A DNA stretch of 64,000 nt. It comes from Monocercomonoides exilis PA203 (lineage: Eukaryota > Protista > Preaxostyla). The stretch is taken from assembly GCA_001643675.2 (NCBI GenBank), contig LSRY02000006.1:620001-684000 (forward strand). Direction: 5' to 3'. Below, piece after piece: positions 33,951 through 48,000 of the stretch. Position 1 is the first letter of the stretch, and each line of letters starts with the position of its first letter. The notes beneath the pieces were generated by a model, which ran no database searches, was not told where the DNA came from, and worked only from the letters and a program-made list of their open reading frames with translations. The translations under genes were made by a program, and so were the position numbers.

Positions 33951-36216
33951 ACAGAATTCCAATAAGAGCATACTTGTTCTTCCAATTCACCACGAACACA
34001 TCAGGGATTACCTTCGAAGATATGTTGAAGATTGCTGTGAAACCTGGGAAACGTGTGTGATCAACAACAATAAACGTGTAAAAGGGCACAGCGGGCGATG
34101 CCTTTGACAGAGCAGAGCGAGGAGGATGCATCGTGTTTGCGCTTTCAGCCAAAGGAGGGAGGGCATATGTCTCGTATTTCAGTGAAACATCGTGGAAGGC
34201 TTCAATAAATCTGTGAACATCACATACAAAAACAAACAAAAAAAAGAAAGAAAATCAAAATTATATGAAATGAAAACGAATGATGGAATTAATTAAATAA
34301 AAATAAGCAATAAACGAAAAATAACATTAATACGCAGAGTTTGGATTCACAAAAAAATAAAAAAGTTGAAAAGCAACGAAGATTTCATTTTTCATTTTCA
34401 CAGTCTCTTTTTTAAAATACATCATAAACACTCTTTCGACACATTCACTGCAAACTTTTTGGATCTTTTATTTTTCGTCCCATTTACAATTGCAATCACA
34501 GTCTTAACATCATCGATCTTTGTCTTCTTGGCCATATCCACTGCAAACGAAGCAAGCTGGGCGTTTTGGTACACGTTGTAGAAGCGGAGAAGATGGTCGA
34601 ACGACGGAATAGTGAACTCCTCTTCAACAGCCCCCTGCTGTTGCGCTGCTGAGGAAGGCCCATAAGATGCAACCTGGTTATGGCTCGGGCACCGATGGTT
34701 GTACGACGTTCCGTTTGCAGTCACAATCAGCAACGACGGAGGTGTTGGTGGTGTAGATCGTGTCGCAGATTCTGCAATTGTTCAATTGCGTTTGAAAGAA
34801 AAAAAATTTCCCCCCAAATATTTCACATTGAATTCAAACAGAAGTTTCACAAGAAGATAAGCAAGCAGTTAATGGAATATCAAATAACATTTAACACAAA
34901 CAAAGAACAGGCTCACCATATTATTCACTGCAATTATTAGAATTCAAACCGTTTTCAGACAATTTGATGCTCACTCCATCGTACTTTGCCTTTTCCCTCA
35001 AATAATGCTTCACTGCCTTGATATATTTCTCCTTCAGCTCGTCTGTGACGCCAATTGCGGAAAGCGCATCATTCACTGCTTTGTCATTAACTTCCACATC
35101 AGGAAGTGTGTATTTATCCAGCTTCTTCTCCTGCTTCTTCTTTTTCAGTCCTGCTTCTATCTTATCTTCGTTCTCTGTATTTTCCTTGTCTGGGATAAAC
35201 GTGTCCTTTGTCGCTGGCCAGCACAAGTGATAGAAGAATGGAAGTTCAGCGTGGTGCACTGTCGCCAATCGGTCGAAATGGTAGTTCAGCATTGGTGATA
35301 TAAGCACAAACGATGCCCTCTCACGGTGCTTCTGCAGCTCGCGTAAGAGTCGAGATGCATTGAGAAGTGAATATGAAGAAGTTGTCAAATGTGGGAACAA
35401 TAAACGAGGAACAGAAGAAGAGACAGGTTGAGATGATATGAAGTCATCGCCGTCTTCAGTTCCATCTCCATCAAAATTTGAAGGATCATATGATTTTCGT
35501 CGATCATCAATATGTGTTGTCACAGTCACAACAGCTGAATTACTCATTTTATCAGCAAATTGCAGCATATTTTGATATGTGTAATCATATTCAAAAGCTC
35601 CAACGCTTGTTCCTTGAAATATAACCAACCAAAACAATAAAAAGCAAAAGAAATACAAGCATAATTTTTTTGAAAACCATTTACATAAAATTTAACTTTA
35701 GGATATTCATTGATGTCCATCATTCGACAATCTTCGTCATATTGCTCGCAATCAATTTCACCTGCTTTGATATAATCTGGAAGCTCATCAACCATTTTGT
35801 AAAATTCTGGTTGCATTTTTTTGCATTTCGGGCACCTAATAAAAAACAATGAAAAACAAGGCAGAAAAGAAAACATACCATCCTGCGAAATATCGCTAGT
35901 ATTCACAATTTCAAAACAGATAAAGAGTTTTAAAATCATATAAAAATTCATATGTTTTTTAAAATAAGACATTGAAATAAAGTCAACATCATAAACGTGT
36001 GCTTCCATACCACTCTATTTTACAAATATATTAATCAAATATAAAATAAATGTATACAAATAAGAAAAATTTGCTTTTCATGTGATAAAAGTGCTCATAC
36101 GCCCAATATCCTTCTGAAATAGTTTTCTGTAATTTTGGACCAGTAATTAAAACAGGCTTTGCTTCAGCATTGTAAAACAATGACTGAAAAGCCAATAAAG
36201 AAAAAAATAGAAACAT
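33135..36216 (-). CDS. TMX3-like thioredoxin/PDI-family type-I membrane protein (9 exons, ~638 aa, WCPKC active site)
   Basis: Exons 36216-36101, 36014-36011, 35895-35879, 35835-35678, 35612-34950, 34771-34456, 34210-33974, 33774-33675 and 33440-33135 join in frame through GT-AG introns. Signal peptide MFLFFSLLAFQSLFYNAEA; YWAVRYFAGWCPKCKKMQPEF...IDC...INEYPKVKF; C-terminal TM (MYCAAGAGVVVLIAIIILCAC) and Lys-rich tail. The 34950/34771 junction is the least certain. Confidence 0.8.
33516..33612. repeat. (GA)n / GAAAGA microsatellite in the last intron of the TMX3-like gene
   Basis: Directly visible purine repeat. Confidence 0.9.
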
Positions 36217-36401
36217 TTATCTAAATTGATCTTCAAGATAATGATATTATGGAAAACAATCAATTTTCGATTATCCTTTTAAATTCCTCAAAGAATGTGC
36301 AAATGCCTTGAAACATTCTAAAATAATAAAATGATATATAAATTACGGAAAAGTGGAATTATAAAAAGTTAGTTGCGAATGCACAACTTTGAGTCATTTC
36401 A
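36217..36401. promoter_or_regulatory. Putative bidirectional promoter region (185 bp between divergent ATGs)
   Basis: Head-to-head start codons at 36216(-) and 36402(+) with an AT-rich spacer. No specific motif identified. Confidence 0.45.
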
Positions 36402-38590
36402 ATGTCAGCAATTGGATCTTCAACAACAGTGCTAATTGAAGACGAAACATCCAACGATGCAAAGGATATGCAGGCTGTCTTCGATGAAGAAGAGAGTTTG
36501 ACCAAACTTATTTGATTCATTTTGAACGATTTTTCAATTTTGACTTTTTTCTGAATGAAATTTTTTGTTCAGTCCTTGACGACAAACCGAGAAGCATACT
36601 ACTAAATATATTGAAACAAGTAACATCTGGCACGGACCTTACGCGTGTTTCAAGTGCGCTGGCTTTTATTTCAACTTTCGTTTAAATATTCTTTTTATAA
36701 TGACAAACAGTGCCTGCTTTCATATCCGAACCACGTTCTTTTATTGAAACAACTGCAAATCTCTTTTCGCATATGGCGTTCTTTCGGGAAGCAATTGCAA
36801 TGGATGATCCTGTAGATCGTATTGCACATTTAACACGATTTTACATCTCTGGTTTTCACATACGTCCTCGCGGAGTTAAAAAGCCATATAATCCTATCCT
36901 CGGCGAAGTTTTTCGTTGCTTTTGGGATCATCCTGATGGAACTCGGACGTGGTATATTGGGGAACAAGTTCAACATCATCCTCCTGTTTCTGCCATGTAC
37001 TTCGAAAATCTGGATGCTGGATATACGATTGAAGGAGAAATTAAGATTAAATCAAATTTTACAGGAAATTCAGCTGGAACATTTATGCTGGGAACAATAT
37101 TTGTGCATTTGTTGCGTAGAAGAGAAACTTATACCATCACATACCCGGTCTGGTATGCACGTGGGGTTGTGGTTGGCAAAATGAGAATGGAGACCGTTGG
37201 AAAAACTCGCATTGCCTGCGAGCAAACAGGACTGGAGGCGCTTGTAAACTTCAAAGCAAAACCAACATTCGGCGGCAAGTACAATCAAGTCAAGGCAGAA
37301 ATATTTGAAATGCAAGGAGGAGCAACTCCGATGGGAGAGATCAAGAAAAGCGTCAGCGGGTCATCATTTACAACGCCATCACCTTCACCGTCATCGGCGT
37401 CCAGATCAGCATCATCACCGTCACCGTCATCGTCTGCATGCACTCCATCTCCTGCTTCTGTTGCTTCCGAATCCCCCTCGTCAACACCGTCTCCTTTTTC
37501 CACTACTCCTTCTTCTGTTTCATCAGCTTCCTCATCTTCTCCTTCTTCTTCAGCTTCCTCGTCTACTCACCACTCTTCCAGCAAAAAGAAGGACAGCAAG
37601 CGAAAGCCGCTGGTGACGATTCAGGGCGACTGGACTTCTGCGATCTGGGCAGTTGACCATCGGCAGCCGCCTCACTTAACACCGCCTGTCACTCTGTCTG
37701 CTGACCGCACAGAGGAATTGGCGTTTGCAGGTGCAAGCAGCTCACACAATGAATCATCGCAGTCATCATCATCTTCTCCTTTTCCTTCTCCTTCCTCTTC
37801 CTCTTCCTCTTCCTCCTCTTCTTCTCCCAGTGGAAAGTCTGCTGCATCTTCATCGCTTCCTGTTCCCTCACCGCTTGCCGGCACAAACGCCATCCTGTTC
37901 TTTGACGTGCGCACATCTCCCTTCACATCGAAGCGAGCACTTGCTGTTCCACACCAGGAGTGGTACGAATCGCGTGCGGTGTGGAGAAGCCTCACCGACG
38001 CGATGCGGGTGAAGGACTATGAGAAGGCGCTCAAGGAGAAAGCAGCGGTGGAAGACGAGGCGCGCAGAAGAGCGAAAGAAAGAGTGGCGAAGAAAGTTGG
38101 CTGGAGGCAGCGGTATTTCCACTGGGACCCTGCACCACACACGGCTGAGGAGAGGAAAGAGTCGCCGAACGGGCGGTGGAGGTTTAACTGGAGCATCGAC
38201 TGCGCCAACTCGACGGAGGAAGAGCTGAACCCGTGCGGGCGCCGCATCACTTGCTACAATGTGCCAGATATGGCTGTGCTGATGGAGACAGCTCCTGCCT
38301 TAACACACGAGCATCTCAAGAAGGACGAAGACACGAAAGCGACAGACTTCCTCACGCTCGACGAGGCGGTGCAGGCGATGGAGAAGAAGGGGCTGGGAAA
38401 TCTGAGAGCGAAATGGCCGATGGGCCCTCCGCCGTGTGAGAGAGGGCATGAACATATGCAGCACCAGCAGTCGCTGCCTTCGGTTTCGGCTGAAAAATCG
38501 ATTGAACAGACGAAGGAACAAAACGAATGCAAGGAGCCTGCCTGTGATTCAATTCATCCGGCACATTTAGAAGGAATTGCTTGCACTTAG
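36402..38590 (+). CDS. Short oxysterol-binding-protein-related protein (ORD only; 3 exons, ~684 aa)
   Basis: Exons 36402-36495, 36573-36653 and 36711-38590 give GTDLTRVSMPAFISEPRSFIE, KKPYNPILGEVF, EQVQHHPPVSA (OSBP signature EQVSHHPP) and ESRAVWR...ALKEKAAVEDEAR. Confidence 0.92.
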
Positions 38591-39003
38591 AATACTAACG
38601 TACTTTATGTTTTTCGTTTTACAATGTTTGATTAAACAACAGAATTATTGCTTTTATTTCAATTTTTCCTGTGATTTCTCATTTTTGTGTACGGATTTAT
38701 CACGATTTGGAATTTTTTTAAAAATATTTTTGCGTTATTGTTTTGTGTTGGACACTTTTAATGAAGAATAATTTTTATTTTTGTTTAATTTTTAAGGAGA
38801 AATTTAATTATTACATATTTGAATGCGTTTACGTGAAGAACAAAACTCAATACCTTCATAAAAACGTTTTAGCAAATATGCATATAAGATAACAATGCAA
38901 TTCTGTTGGATGCATAATAAAAAAAGATTGATACCATTTTATTTTTATATTAGATCAACACCCTTTCATTGGAAGTTTGATCGTAATTCGATATTCGATC
39001 TAC

Positions 39004-42000
39004 ATGACAAACGAAGAAAATTGTATTTATTTTTGGATAACTTGGAAATAAATTGTTTTATGCTTAATTCTTTTGATAATTTTCCTTTGCTCATTTGTAG
39101 ATATAGAAGAAGATCTCATTGCTAAAGGAACAACCAGCGTTGTATATACAATTCGAAACAAAAAGGATGGACGCATTTACGTTTGGAAAAAGTCTCAACT
39201 TGAGGCGAAAAGAATCGTTCCCCGACAATTTCAGCTGTTTCAGTTCCTCACGCAATTGATGACGAAAATTCATTCGCCATTTATTATTCGAATGCACGCA
39301 TGCTTTTCCAGTAATTCCTTTTTTCATATTGTGTTGGATTACGGAGGAAGAAGAACCTTACGCGATGAGATCATTTCTCGACAGAATGAGAAAAAACCTT
39401 TTTCTGAACAAGTTAGCCTTTCTTCTCTTATTTCTCTAAATTTGAGTGCAAATTTGAATATTTTAATTTATTTTAGGAAACATGGGCATTACTTGCTCAA
39501 ATGATTCATGCGGTGGCAGATTTGCATGCTGCAAAATTACACCACGGTGCAATTTGTCCGGATAGTTTTTTCATAACAGACGAAGGATATCTGAAAATGA
39601 GTTTGATAGATCATTAAAGTTAATTATGTACTATTTTTTTTTCCTGAATGTGGTGAATTTTTTTCAAAAAAACTTGAATGATTGTTTTCCACAGAGACAA
39701 CAAACATCAAACATAACAAAGAGCAAAATGTTCCAGAGAAAGCGGGACAGAGGTATCATGCACTTTCGTTTTGCTTTTTCTCTTTATAATGTTTTTTGTT
39801 TTCAATTATTTATGATTTCAGTCATTATAGACTTCAAGAGCAACCAAAGTGTGTATCCAAGAATTCGTTCATAAATAATTTTTATTCTTTTGATTATTAT
39901 TTTCATGTTCATTCAAAACTTAAAATACGTTGATTTTATTAAAGGCCACCAAATCCTTCTGATATTTTCGCTCTTGGAGTCATTACACACGAATTACTAA
40001 CTCTGTCTCTTCCTTCAATTGTTGATGATACAAAATCAGTAAACGAAAAGAAAGCGCAAAATGCTGTTCCACAACCTCCCAAAGGAGTTTCATCTGAACT
40101 GTGGGGACTTATTTGGGAAATGTTGAAAGTAGTATGCTATAATTCAAAGTATTATTTTATTCTTATTTCGAGTTTGCTGAATGTATTTCAGAATTTTTTT
40201 GAATGAAATTATTTTTTCTTTCTTTTTTTCACAATTTAAAAATTATCATTTTTATTTTTATTTAACACAAATTTATAAATTGTTTGCTTTCTTCAAATGT
40301 ATTTTATGAAATCATGGTGGCATCATCTTCATCAACAGCAACCAAACGCTCGCCCCAAAAGCGAATTCATTTTGAAACTCCCACAAATCAAGAATCATTT
40401 GAAAGAACTGAGTATCCAGTTTCCATCTCTCGGAACTTTCGATATGGATACACTGACATTCGCAGTGCAAGAGAATCAGAACTTGAAAGAGAAAGAGAAA
40501 GAGAGCCCCAAAGAGAAAGAGATGGAAAAAGACAAGATTCTCCGTGCTCTTGCTGAGAAGGAGAACGAAGCCAGATTGGCCGAGCTTGCCACGCCTCTTC
40601 CACCAGAAGATACAGATGACTCAGCATCGACCATCAAATCTGACATTTTGAATCGCTCAATGATCGACATGTATTCAGATGTGCAGTTGGTCAATCTGCT
40701 GAATGCATGTGTGGAAGTGAAGACACCACAATTGCTGATGACTCAGAAAGATGCCAAGCCATTGAAATCTGAATCACCTACTGAAAAATCGATTGAATCG
40801 CTCTCTTCGCGCACTCTGAATGAGCCTGTGATTTCGAAGCTGGTGAATGATATGGTCACCAAATTCTGGGCGTTTGCCAACGAGAAGCAGAGGAGCGGAC
40901 ACATTGAAGAATTAGACGGAGAAATTCTTCAGAAGAATTTGAATCGAATTGCGAAGTTGTTGATGGTGAAAGCAGCAATGGACCAGCTTCATGCGATTGT
41001 TGATCGCTATGCTCAGCTGAAGTCCGCCGAAGAAGAGCGCGAGAAGACAGAGAAGGACAGCAAACTTGGACACGAAGACGACTCCCGATGGAAACGCAGG
41101 AAGAAGAAGAAGGCGGGCCAGAGCGACACCACCAGCGATACGGGGACGTCTCCTTCTGCCTCGTCGCACATGATGCCTCAGCTGGAGACAGAGCCTCTGC
41201 CTTCACCTTTTATTGCATTTGACTGGGCAACGGTTGTGTGCTATGATGGGCCGCTGAACATGGCAGATCACAGAATATTTATTGAGTTTTTGTATGATGT
41301 GTATTGCGTTGGGTCTTCAGTGAAGCTGCTGCTTGAGAAAGCGATTGAAGCAGAAAGAGAAGGAATGATAGCAAATCTGATGGATGGCAAGCCATCAAAA
41401 TGGAGCGATGGCTATAATTTTGACAAAGCCATGTCTGTTTTGACACTAGGGAATGGCTTACCACCACCTCCTCTGTTTCCACTTCATCGTGTATTCACAG
41501 CATCGGCTAAAAAAGTTTGTGAAGCAACAGCTAAACAGTTTCAAAGCTTAGCGATAGCAACTGCGAGTTCTTCGACAGTTCCGTCATCATCATCATCATC
41601 TTCTTCTTCTTTACAGCCACAGCCATTATCATCATCAACTCAACCTTCAACTCCTTCAGCACCAGAACATCAACCAAGTCTTTTGTGGCGAAACACGAAA
41701 GCACAGCTGGATCTGATCAAAGGAATGATCAGCGACACACAAGCAGAAAAGCCATTCTTCAACCTGAGGCTCTTTCAGCTGGATAGAATAATCGAGGAGA
41801 CCATCAGAATCTCCAACAGCAATAACGCAAACACCGACACAAGCGCATCATCATCTTCTGCTGCTGCTGCTGCTACACTTTCTTCATCAACCACTCCTTC
41901 CGATTCTGCTTCTTCTGCATCTGCCTCAGCTTCAAGCACCTCAGCCACTAATTCTTCTTCCACTTCACCCACTTCAACTTCATCTTCGTCTTCTTCATCA

Positions 42001-45000
42001 ACCACTTCATCTCCTGCAGACACACAAAACAAGATTGAATCAAAATTGAATTTAGATATTGAAAGGCGGAAATCAGCCATCAAGCCGGCGCGTTCTCAAG
42101 AGCAATTAGCTGAATTAACAGCTCTTGTTACAGAAGAAGTTACATTTGCACGAGTAACTCCTTCATCTGTTCCGTTGTGCCCCATTGAGACTCTTCCACT
42201 GTTTGCCTCTCATTCCGTTCCTGATACCTTTGCTCTCTTTATCTCTCGCTACACCATCGGGCAGGGCTTAACGAAACGCATGTACAACATTTTCCGTTGT
42301 CTGGATGTTCTGCTCACGCTTATTCTCATTGCGAACGATGACTACCAAAGACAGCAGCAGCAGGCTGCCCAGGCGCCTGTACAGTATCGCATCTTTGATG
42401 CTGCCAAAGGGACAGTCACTGAAAGCTCACGATTCATTTCTGATGCAATTTTGGTAGGGATATTCACCATTTCACTGATGCGAGCAGATATTTTGGTCAC
42501 TTTGAAGTCACTTACCAAGGATTGCCTGATGTCTTTCCTTGAAACTGGAATCGAATCCATTTCGTATCTTTTCCAGTCTGCAGCGAAGAATCCAAAGGGA
42601 TCTTTGATTGTGCCTGGCCAGCCGCTCTCTCCTGAAATCATAAGCGAGCGAATTTCAGTGTTTGATACGTTGAGCACTCCAATAAGCACTTTTTGCATGT
42701 TGAGATGGATTAATGAAGATCTGCTCTTATTGGCAGTGTCCGAGATGATAACGATGGTTAAGCTCAGATATCGTCATATCCCCACACCCCGCAACACACG
42801 TTCTGACCCCCGTATCCTCACAAACGAGGCAGCACTGCTGTTAAGTCTGCTCTGCAGAAAAGAGCAGATATTCTCGAGACTGATGTCTCCTCCAATCAAA
42901 TTCAAAAAGATCCCCCAGCAGCTGGCACAGACCCCGCAGATATGGACACAGGCAAGCATTGCTGCTGTGCTTCTATCTGTTTCACTTGCTGATTTTGAGA
43001 TAGATCCAAGGGCTGCATTCCACCAAGCCCCATCATCTAATGATTCAGCTCCTTCATCCACATTGATATCTACATCATCTAGTTCATTTTTACCTGGTGA
43101 TGCACCAATCCCACTCTGCGATCCGCCGATCAGTGCAATTAGTTGGCTCCGCACAACAATGCTGCGTGATCCAGAGATCTTCTTTTTCTCCAGCGTGCAG
43201 ATTCTGACCACGCTATTTGTACGGACGCGACGTGCTGTGTGCTTCAGCCGCCATTACCGCCGCACTTCCGTCCAAGTTCCAGGAAAGACCGTGCAGGAGA
43301 AGAAAGACGAGCTGGACATGCCGGACGAGGGCAGTCTGAGCCGAGAGGATTTGGAGCTTCGTGTGAAGCCATCAGACATTCTTTCCGATGCGCATCATAC
43401 GCCTGTACCGCCAGTGTTTTTCAGCGACGAGCTTGTGCCAGAATGCCTGATATCGACATTGGTTACTTGTGAGGTAAAGGACGATACTGTCGAGCATGTG
43501 CCTGTTGTGTCTTCACATGCATTGGGTTTGCTTCTACGGTTTTTGAATGCGAACACCGCATTTTGTTCACAAGGACCGTTAAACACTTTAAGAGAATCAA
43601 GAAAAATTCTGATTGCTATTTCAAAACTAGCTGTATCCCCTGCTGTTGATGAGCTGACATTCATCATGATCGACGATCTCCACAAACAGCAAGATTCAAA
43701 AGTTATCAAAAAACTGAATGAATGGAAAACTATCCCAGCTGTGCTTAGCACACTCAGAATTCCAGATGATCGTATCAGAGCCACCTGTTTGTGTGGAAGG
43801 AGCTTTGAAAGAACTGTTTTGAATTATGTGATTACCTATCTTATCGATATCTACAAAGATTTCATTGTGAAGGGGACATCTGCCAACAAGCCAATTGCAG
43901 TTGCTATTGGAACTATGATTGCCAAACACATCATTGAACCTCCTGAGGCAAATGAGGTACTTCAACTTACATCCAAAGCGCTTCAAACGAAGATCCAAAG
44001 CTCACAATTCACAATGGCTGTTCATCTTGTCCAACAGCTTCTTACAAATCTTAGTGATTATCCAGACTTTTTCCGTAGCCTTCTCAGCAACCAGAACATC
44101 CTTCAGTTCAACAAGTCATTTGTTTCCCAACTTGAATATAGACTAAAGAGTCTTCAACCGAAAACAGGCGAAGCTGAAAACAAGCAAGACATTTCTAGTG
44201 ATCACGCTCATTCATCAACAGAAGTCAAACAGAACAGCCAAGGTGCAGAAGGAACAATAACAACTGCACAACCGTCTTCTTCTCAGCCACAAGCTCAAGG
44301 CGCAATTAACGTGTTGAATGGAGCAAGCAATGCTGGTGCTGTTCCAAATGGGAATGGTAATCAAAATATTACAGCTGCTGGAGACGGAAGCGCGGCCAGA
44401 GGCACTCCTCCACAGATGGTGAAATCTTCTTCTTCACTCGCTCCCGCTGCAAGGGTTGCAACCGCAGCCAATGTTGGAGGGCCGACTGCAGCAGCTGTGA
44501 CACCTGGAGGACAGTTGATTGGTGCAAGCGGAACTAATCTTGCTCCTCTAGATGTTGGTCTGCTTAATCGAGGCATTGCCATTCACGCAAATACACCCAC
44601 ACACTTTGGTCACTCTATTTCTGGGTTACCTCCACCAGCGACTATAAAGGATCAAAGAATCATCGCAACAACAGTTGCCCAACCTCTTCCTGCTCACACA
44701 ATTTCTCATCCTTATCCAGCACCATCCCCACATACAATTCAATCACAAGCAGGTCCACCTGTACCGAGCAGTTCATCTGAAGGAAATGTGTCTTCACATC
44801 CTCAATCTGCTCCTCCTCAACAACAGCCTGCCTCGACAACACAACAACAGTTCACTCCATTCATCACACCAACACAAGTCTTTGGACCAAATCATCCACC
44901 AAATACAATATTTGACAGTGCAAGCAAAGCCACTGGTGCTCAGAGGGAAAATGCACCATATCCGCAACATTTCAATAACAACATTCCTCTTCCTGGAATG

Positions 45001-48000
45001 CCAATGTCAAATTCACAAGGCCCAGCTGCTGCCACGCCACCACAGATGCCAACGCAACAGTTGCCTGGCAGCTCACCTACAGGATTTCCACAAGCAGCAC
45101 ATACTCAGCCTGCATCTGCTCTCTCAGTTAACAGCGCTCCATTTACTCCGCATTTCAACACTCCCGGCAGCAATGGAAGCACTTCAGCCAACGGAGCGTA
45201 TCAGCGTGATCCGTTCATTCCTCAGGGGCAAGGCTTGCCAGGAGCAGCAGGCGTTGCTGCAGGAGACTCCTTACGTGAAATGGGAGAAGTGGGAATGTCA
45301 CCACCGCCTGGCCCTTCATATTCACCAAAGAGTTTTATTCCGCTTGCACAGAGAGTTCAAAATAGCGAGAATTCCAAAAGATCTTTTGCGGATGCACTGC
45401 GTAAATCGCAGTTCACAGTTACATCAAACATTGAGCTTCTGCTGATGTCACCAGAGCAGAGAGATGTTCTAATACCAATTCCACCAGATAACATGCAAGG
45501 CCAGCTGATGAAGATTATGAATACAGTTTCACGAGACAATGTGACAGAAAAAGCACAGCATCTGAAGAAACTGTGCAAAGAATACTCTGATTTTGTTGCG
45601 AAATTTGTTGTGTTGGTGAAAGCAACTCAGTTTGAGAACCAAGCCAAACTTTATTCTGATCTGGTTGCTGAGACAAAAGACTCACAAATCAGAAGAAAAG
45701 TGGAAGCTGAGCTGTTTTCAGCTTGTTCTGTGCTAATTCGTTTTGACCATTCTTCGTCCGAAAAAGGCTACGAACGCAACCAGTTGGCTGCGTTGGGATC
45801 ATTTTTAGGCTATTTTGTGATATGCAACAACCGACCAATACCAAGTTCCCAACTAGACTTAAAAGCTGCTCTTATTTATGGACATCAAACAGGAAGACTT
45901 CATGCTATTGTCCCATTTGTGCACAACATACTCATTCACTGCAAGGAGTCTTATGTGTTCCGCAATCCGTGCCAGCCATGGCTGTTTTCAATTGTTGAGC
46001 TTTTGAGAGAATTGTATCAGTTACCAATACGTAAGTCGATCAAATATAAGATTGAAGCAATCGAAGATGGATTAGGAAAGCTGCAGCTCGATAGCTCCTA
46101 TCGAAGAAGCACGACATGGGCGCTTGATGCTGCTATGGAAGACGAAGAAGGGTTGGATTATCATCACGATCGCTTATATTCGGGGAGCAGTGAACATAAA
46201 GACAAGAAAGAAAAAGAAAGCTCAAAGGGTAAAGATTCTGAAAAGGAGAAAGAGAAAGACGAGATTAGCGGAGAAGATTCAGCACCCCTTTCTCCTGTTG
46301 AATATCCTCAGGGGCCTTTCCCTTTGACCACAAAGAAGTTGGACACATTGACAAAATATCCGCTTTTGTACAATCCAAACTGCGAGGTGGAAAAGAAACT
46401 GAAACAGTCCGATGACTCAGATCATCCATTGCCATTGAATTCGACTGCAGCAACATCAGAATCTGCTTCTGCTTCGTCATCTTCATCTTCATCTTCCTCT
46501 CCTTCTTCAGAACAAGCAGCATCTGCGGAAAGCGATAAAGCAGCTGAAACAGAAGGTGAATTATTAGATTCATTTGCAGCAAACACATCTCCACTCTTCT
46601 GTGATTATTCCCCTCCTTCGGAAATTATTCAGGCAATCAAAAACAAGCAAGTTGCTTTTGCGCCCCATCTTCCTGAGCCAGTTTCCCATCTCATTCAACT
46701 CGAGCTCGATAGCCTGAAATCACCCGTCCGCACAGCAGTACCTCCTTCAGAAGCATTCAGCCCAGCGGAGCTGATGATCCCTGCTGAGCATTTGCCTTCT
46801 TCTGTTTCCTCTGTCATGGAAGGAAGCCTGCTTCCACCTGCACTTGCAAAGCTTGTATTTTCTACTTCTGCTATTACTACTCCCACAGCTTCTGATATAC
46901 TAAAAGAAGCAGAGGTGCTGCAAGCACAGCTGGCAAAAAGAGAGAACGAACGAGACATTGAAAGGAAAAAAATACTTGCTGCAGAAAAAGCGAAGCTTGA
47001 AAAAGCAGCAAATCTCAGAGAAAAGAAGAAAACAGAACTTAAGCGCTTTGCCAGTTTGCATCCTTATCATGTCTTTGAGCTTCTTTGCGAAGGATATCCG
47101 TATGATGCCGTTTTGCCTTCCATCCTCGAAGAAGTTGCAAAAGAATGCGATGGTGACAGTTTTGTACCAATTAGCACATTAGCTCGAATGGGTTCCTCTT
47201 CTTCAACACCAGAACCGATATCTGAAAGTAGTTCGAGAAGTTCCTCTGATTTATGCGTGGGATTTGACAGAGATTCATTGCTTTGTGGAAATCATCGTCC
47301 AATTCCTCCGCAATTATTGAGGTTGCGTCGCCGCCCTGATGTCAGATTCCTGAAAGCAACTCATTTTGTCTCTATATTTACGGAGGACGCAGAAGAAGAG
47401 TTTCCTGATAGAGCACTTCCTCCATTGATGCATCCACAATCGCCTTTCATGTTATTCCTGTTTACACAAGTGGTGGAAGTTATGCGAAATATACCCATCG
47501 ATCTTTTCAAGTATATTTGTCAAAAGGCAATCCCTTCAACTATTATTGGAGTGATGTATATGATCTTATCAGAACATTCAAGCTATACTGGAACAGAAAA
47601 AATATCGGTTACACGATCTCAAACATCAAGTGATAATGCAACAGAAATAAATGCTTCAAGCACTGAAAATGAAAGACCTGAGCCTGTAAATGAAGCAGAG
47701 AAAGCAGAATCTGATTCTGCTTCATCATCATCATCTGCTGTGGATAATCGTTCAAAGGAGACAAAGCTTAATGAAAGTACAACTCAACTTACAATTAGCA
47801 CTGAGGCATATGCAATCTGCCAGGATGTGTGCTTGGGACAGACATTGCTCTTTGCCAAGGAGTATTTTATACAGCACGGTGTGCAAAAATTGATTGAGAC
47901 ACTGAAGCTGCATATTCGCGAAGATGTAAGAGACCACGAAGATGTGGAGCATGATATGATAGAAATTGCCAGCTTTGCAATAAATGCTGTGTGTGATGAT

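Noticed and set aside
40297-40338. ATG 40297 as the NOT1 start
   Set aside because: It lies in the predicted intron tail, and the residues after 40339 complete the upstream kinase fold.
39004-40400. The pseudokinase as a true PAN3 orthologue
   Set aside because: The motifs (TLRDEI...KKPFSEQETW, SDIFALGV..HEL, P..RP) are NEK-like, and no PAN3 C-terminal knob or zinc finger was recognised. Kept only as a functional analogy.
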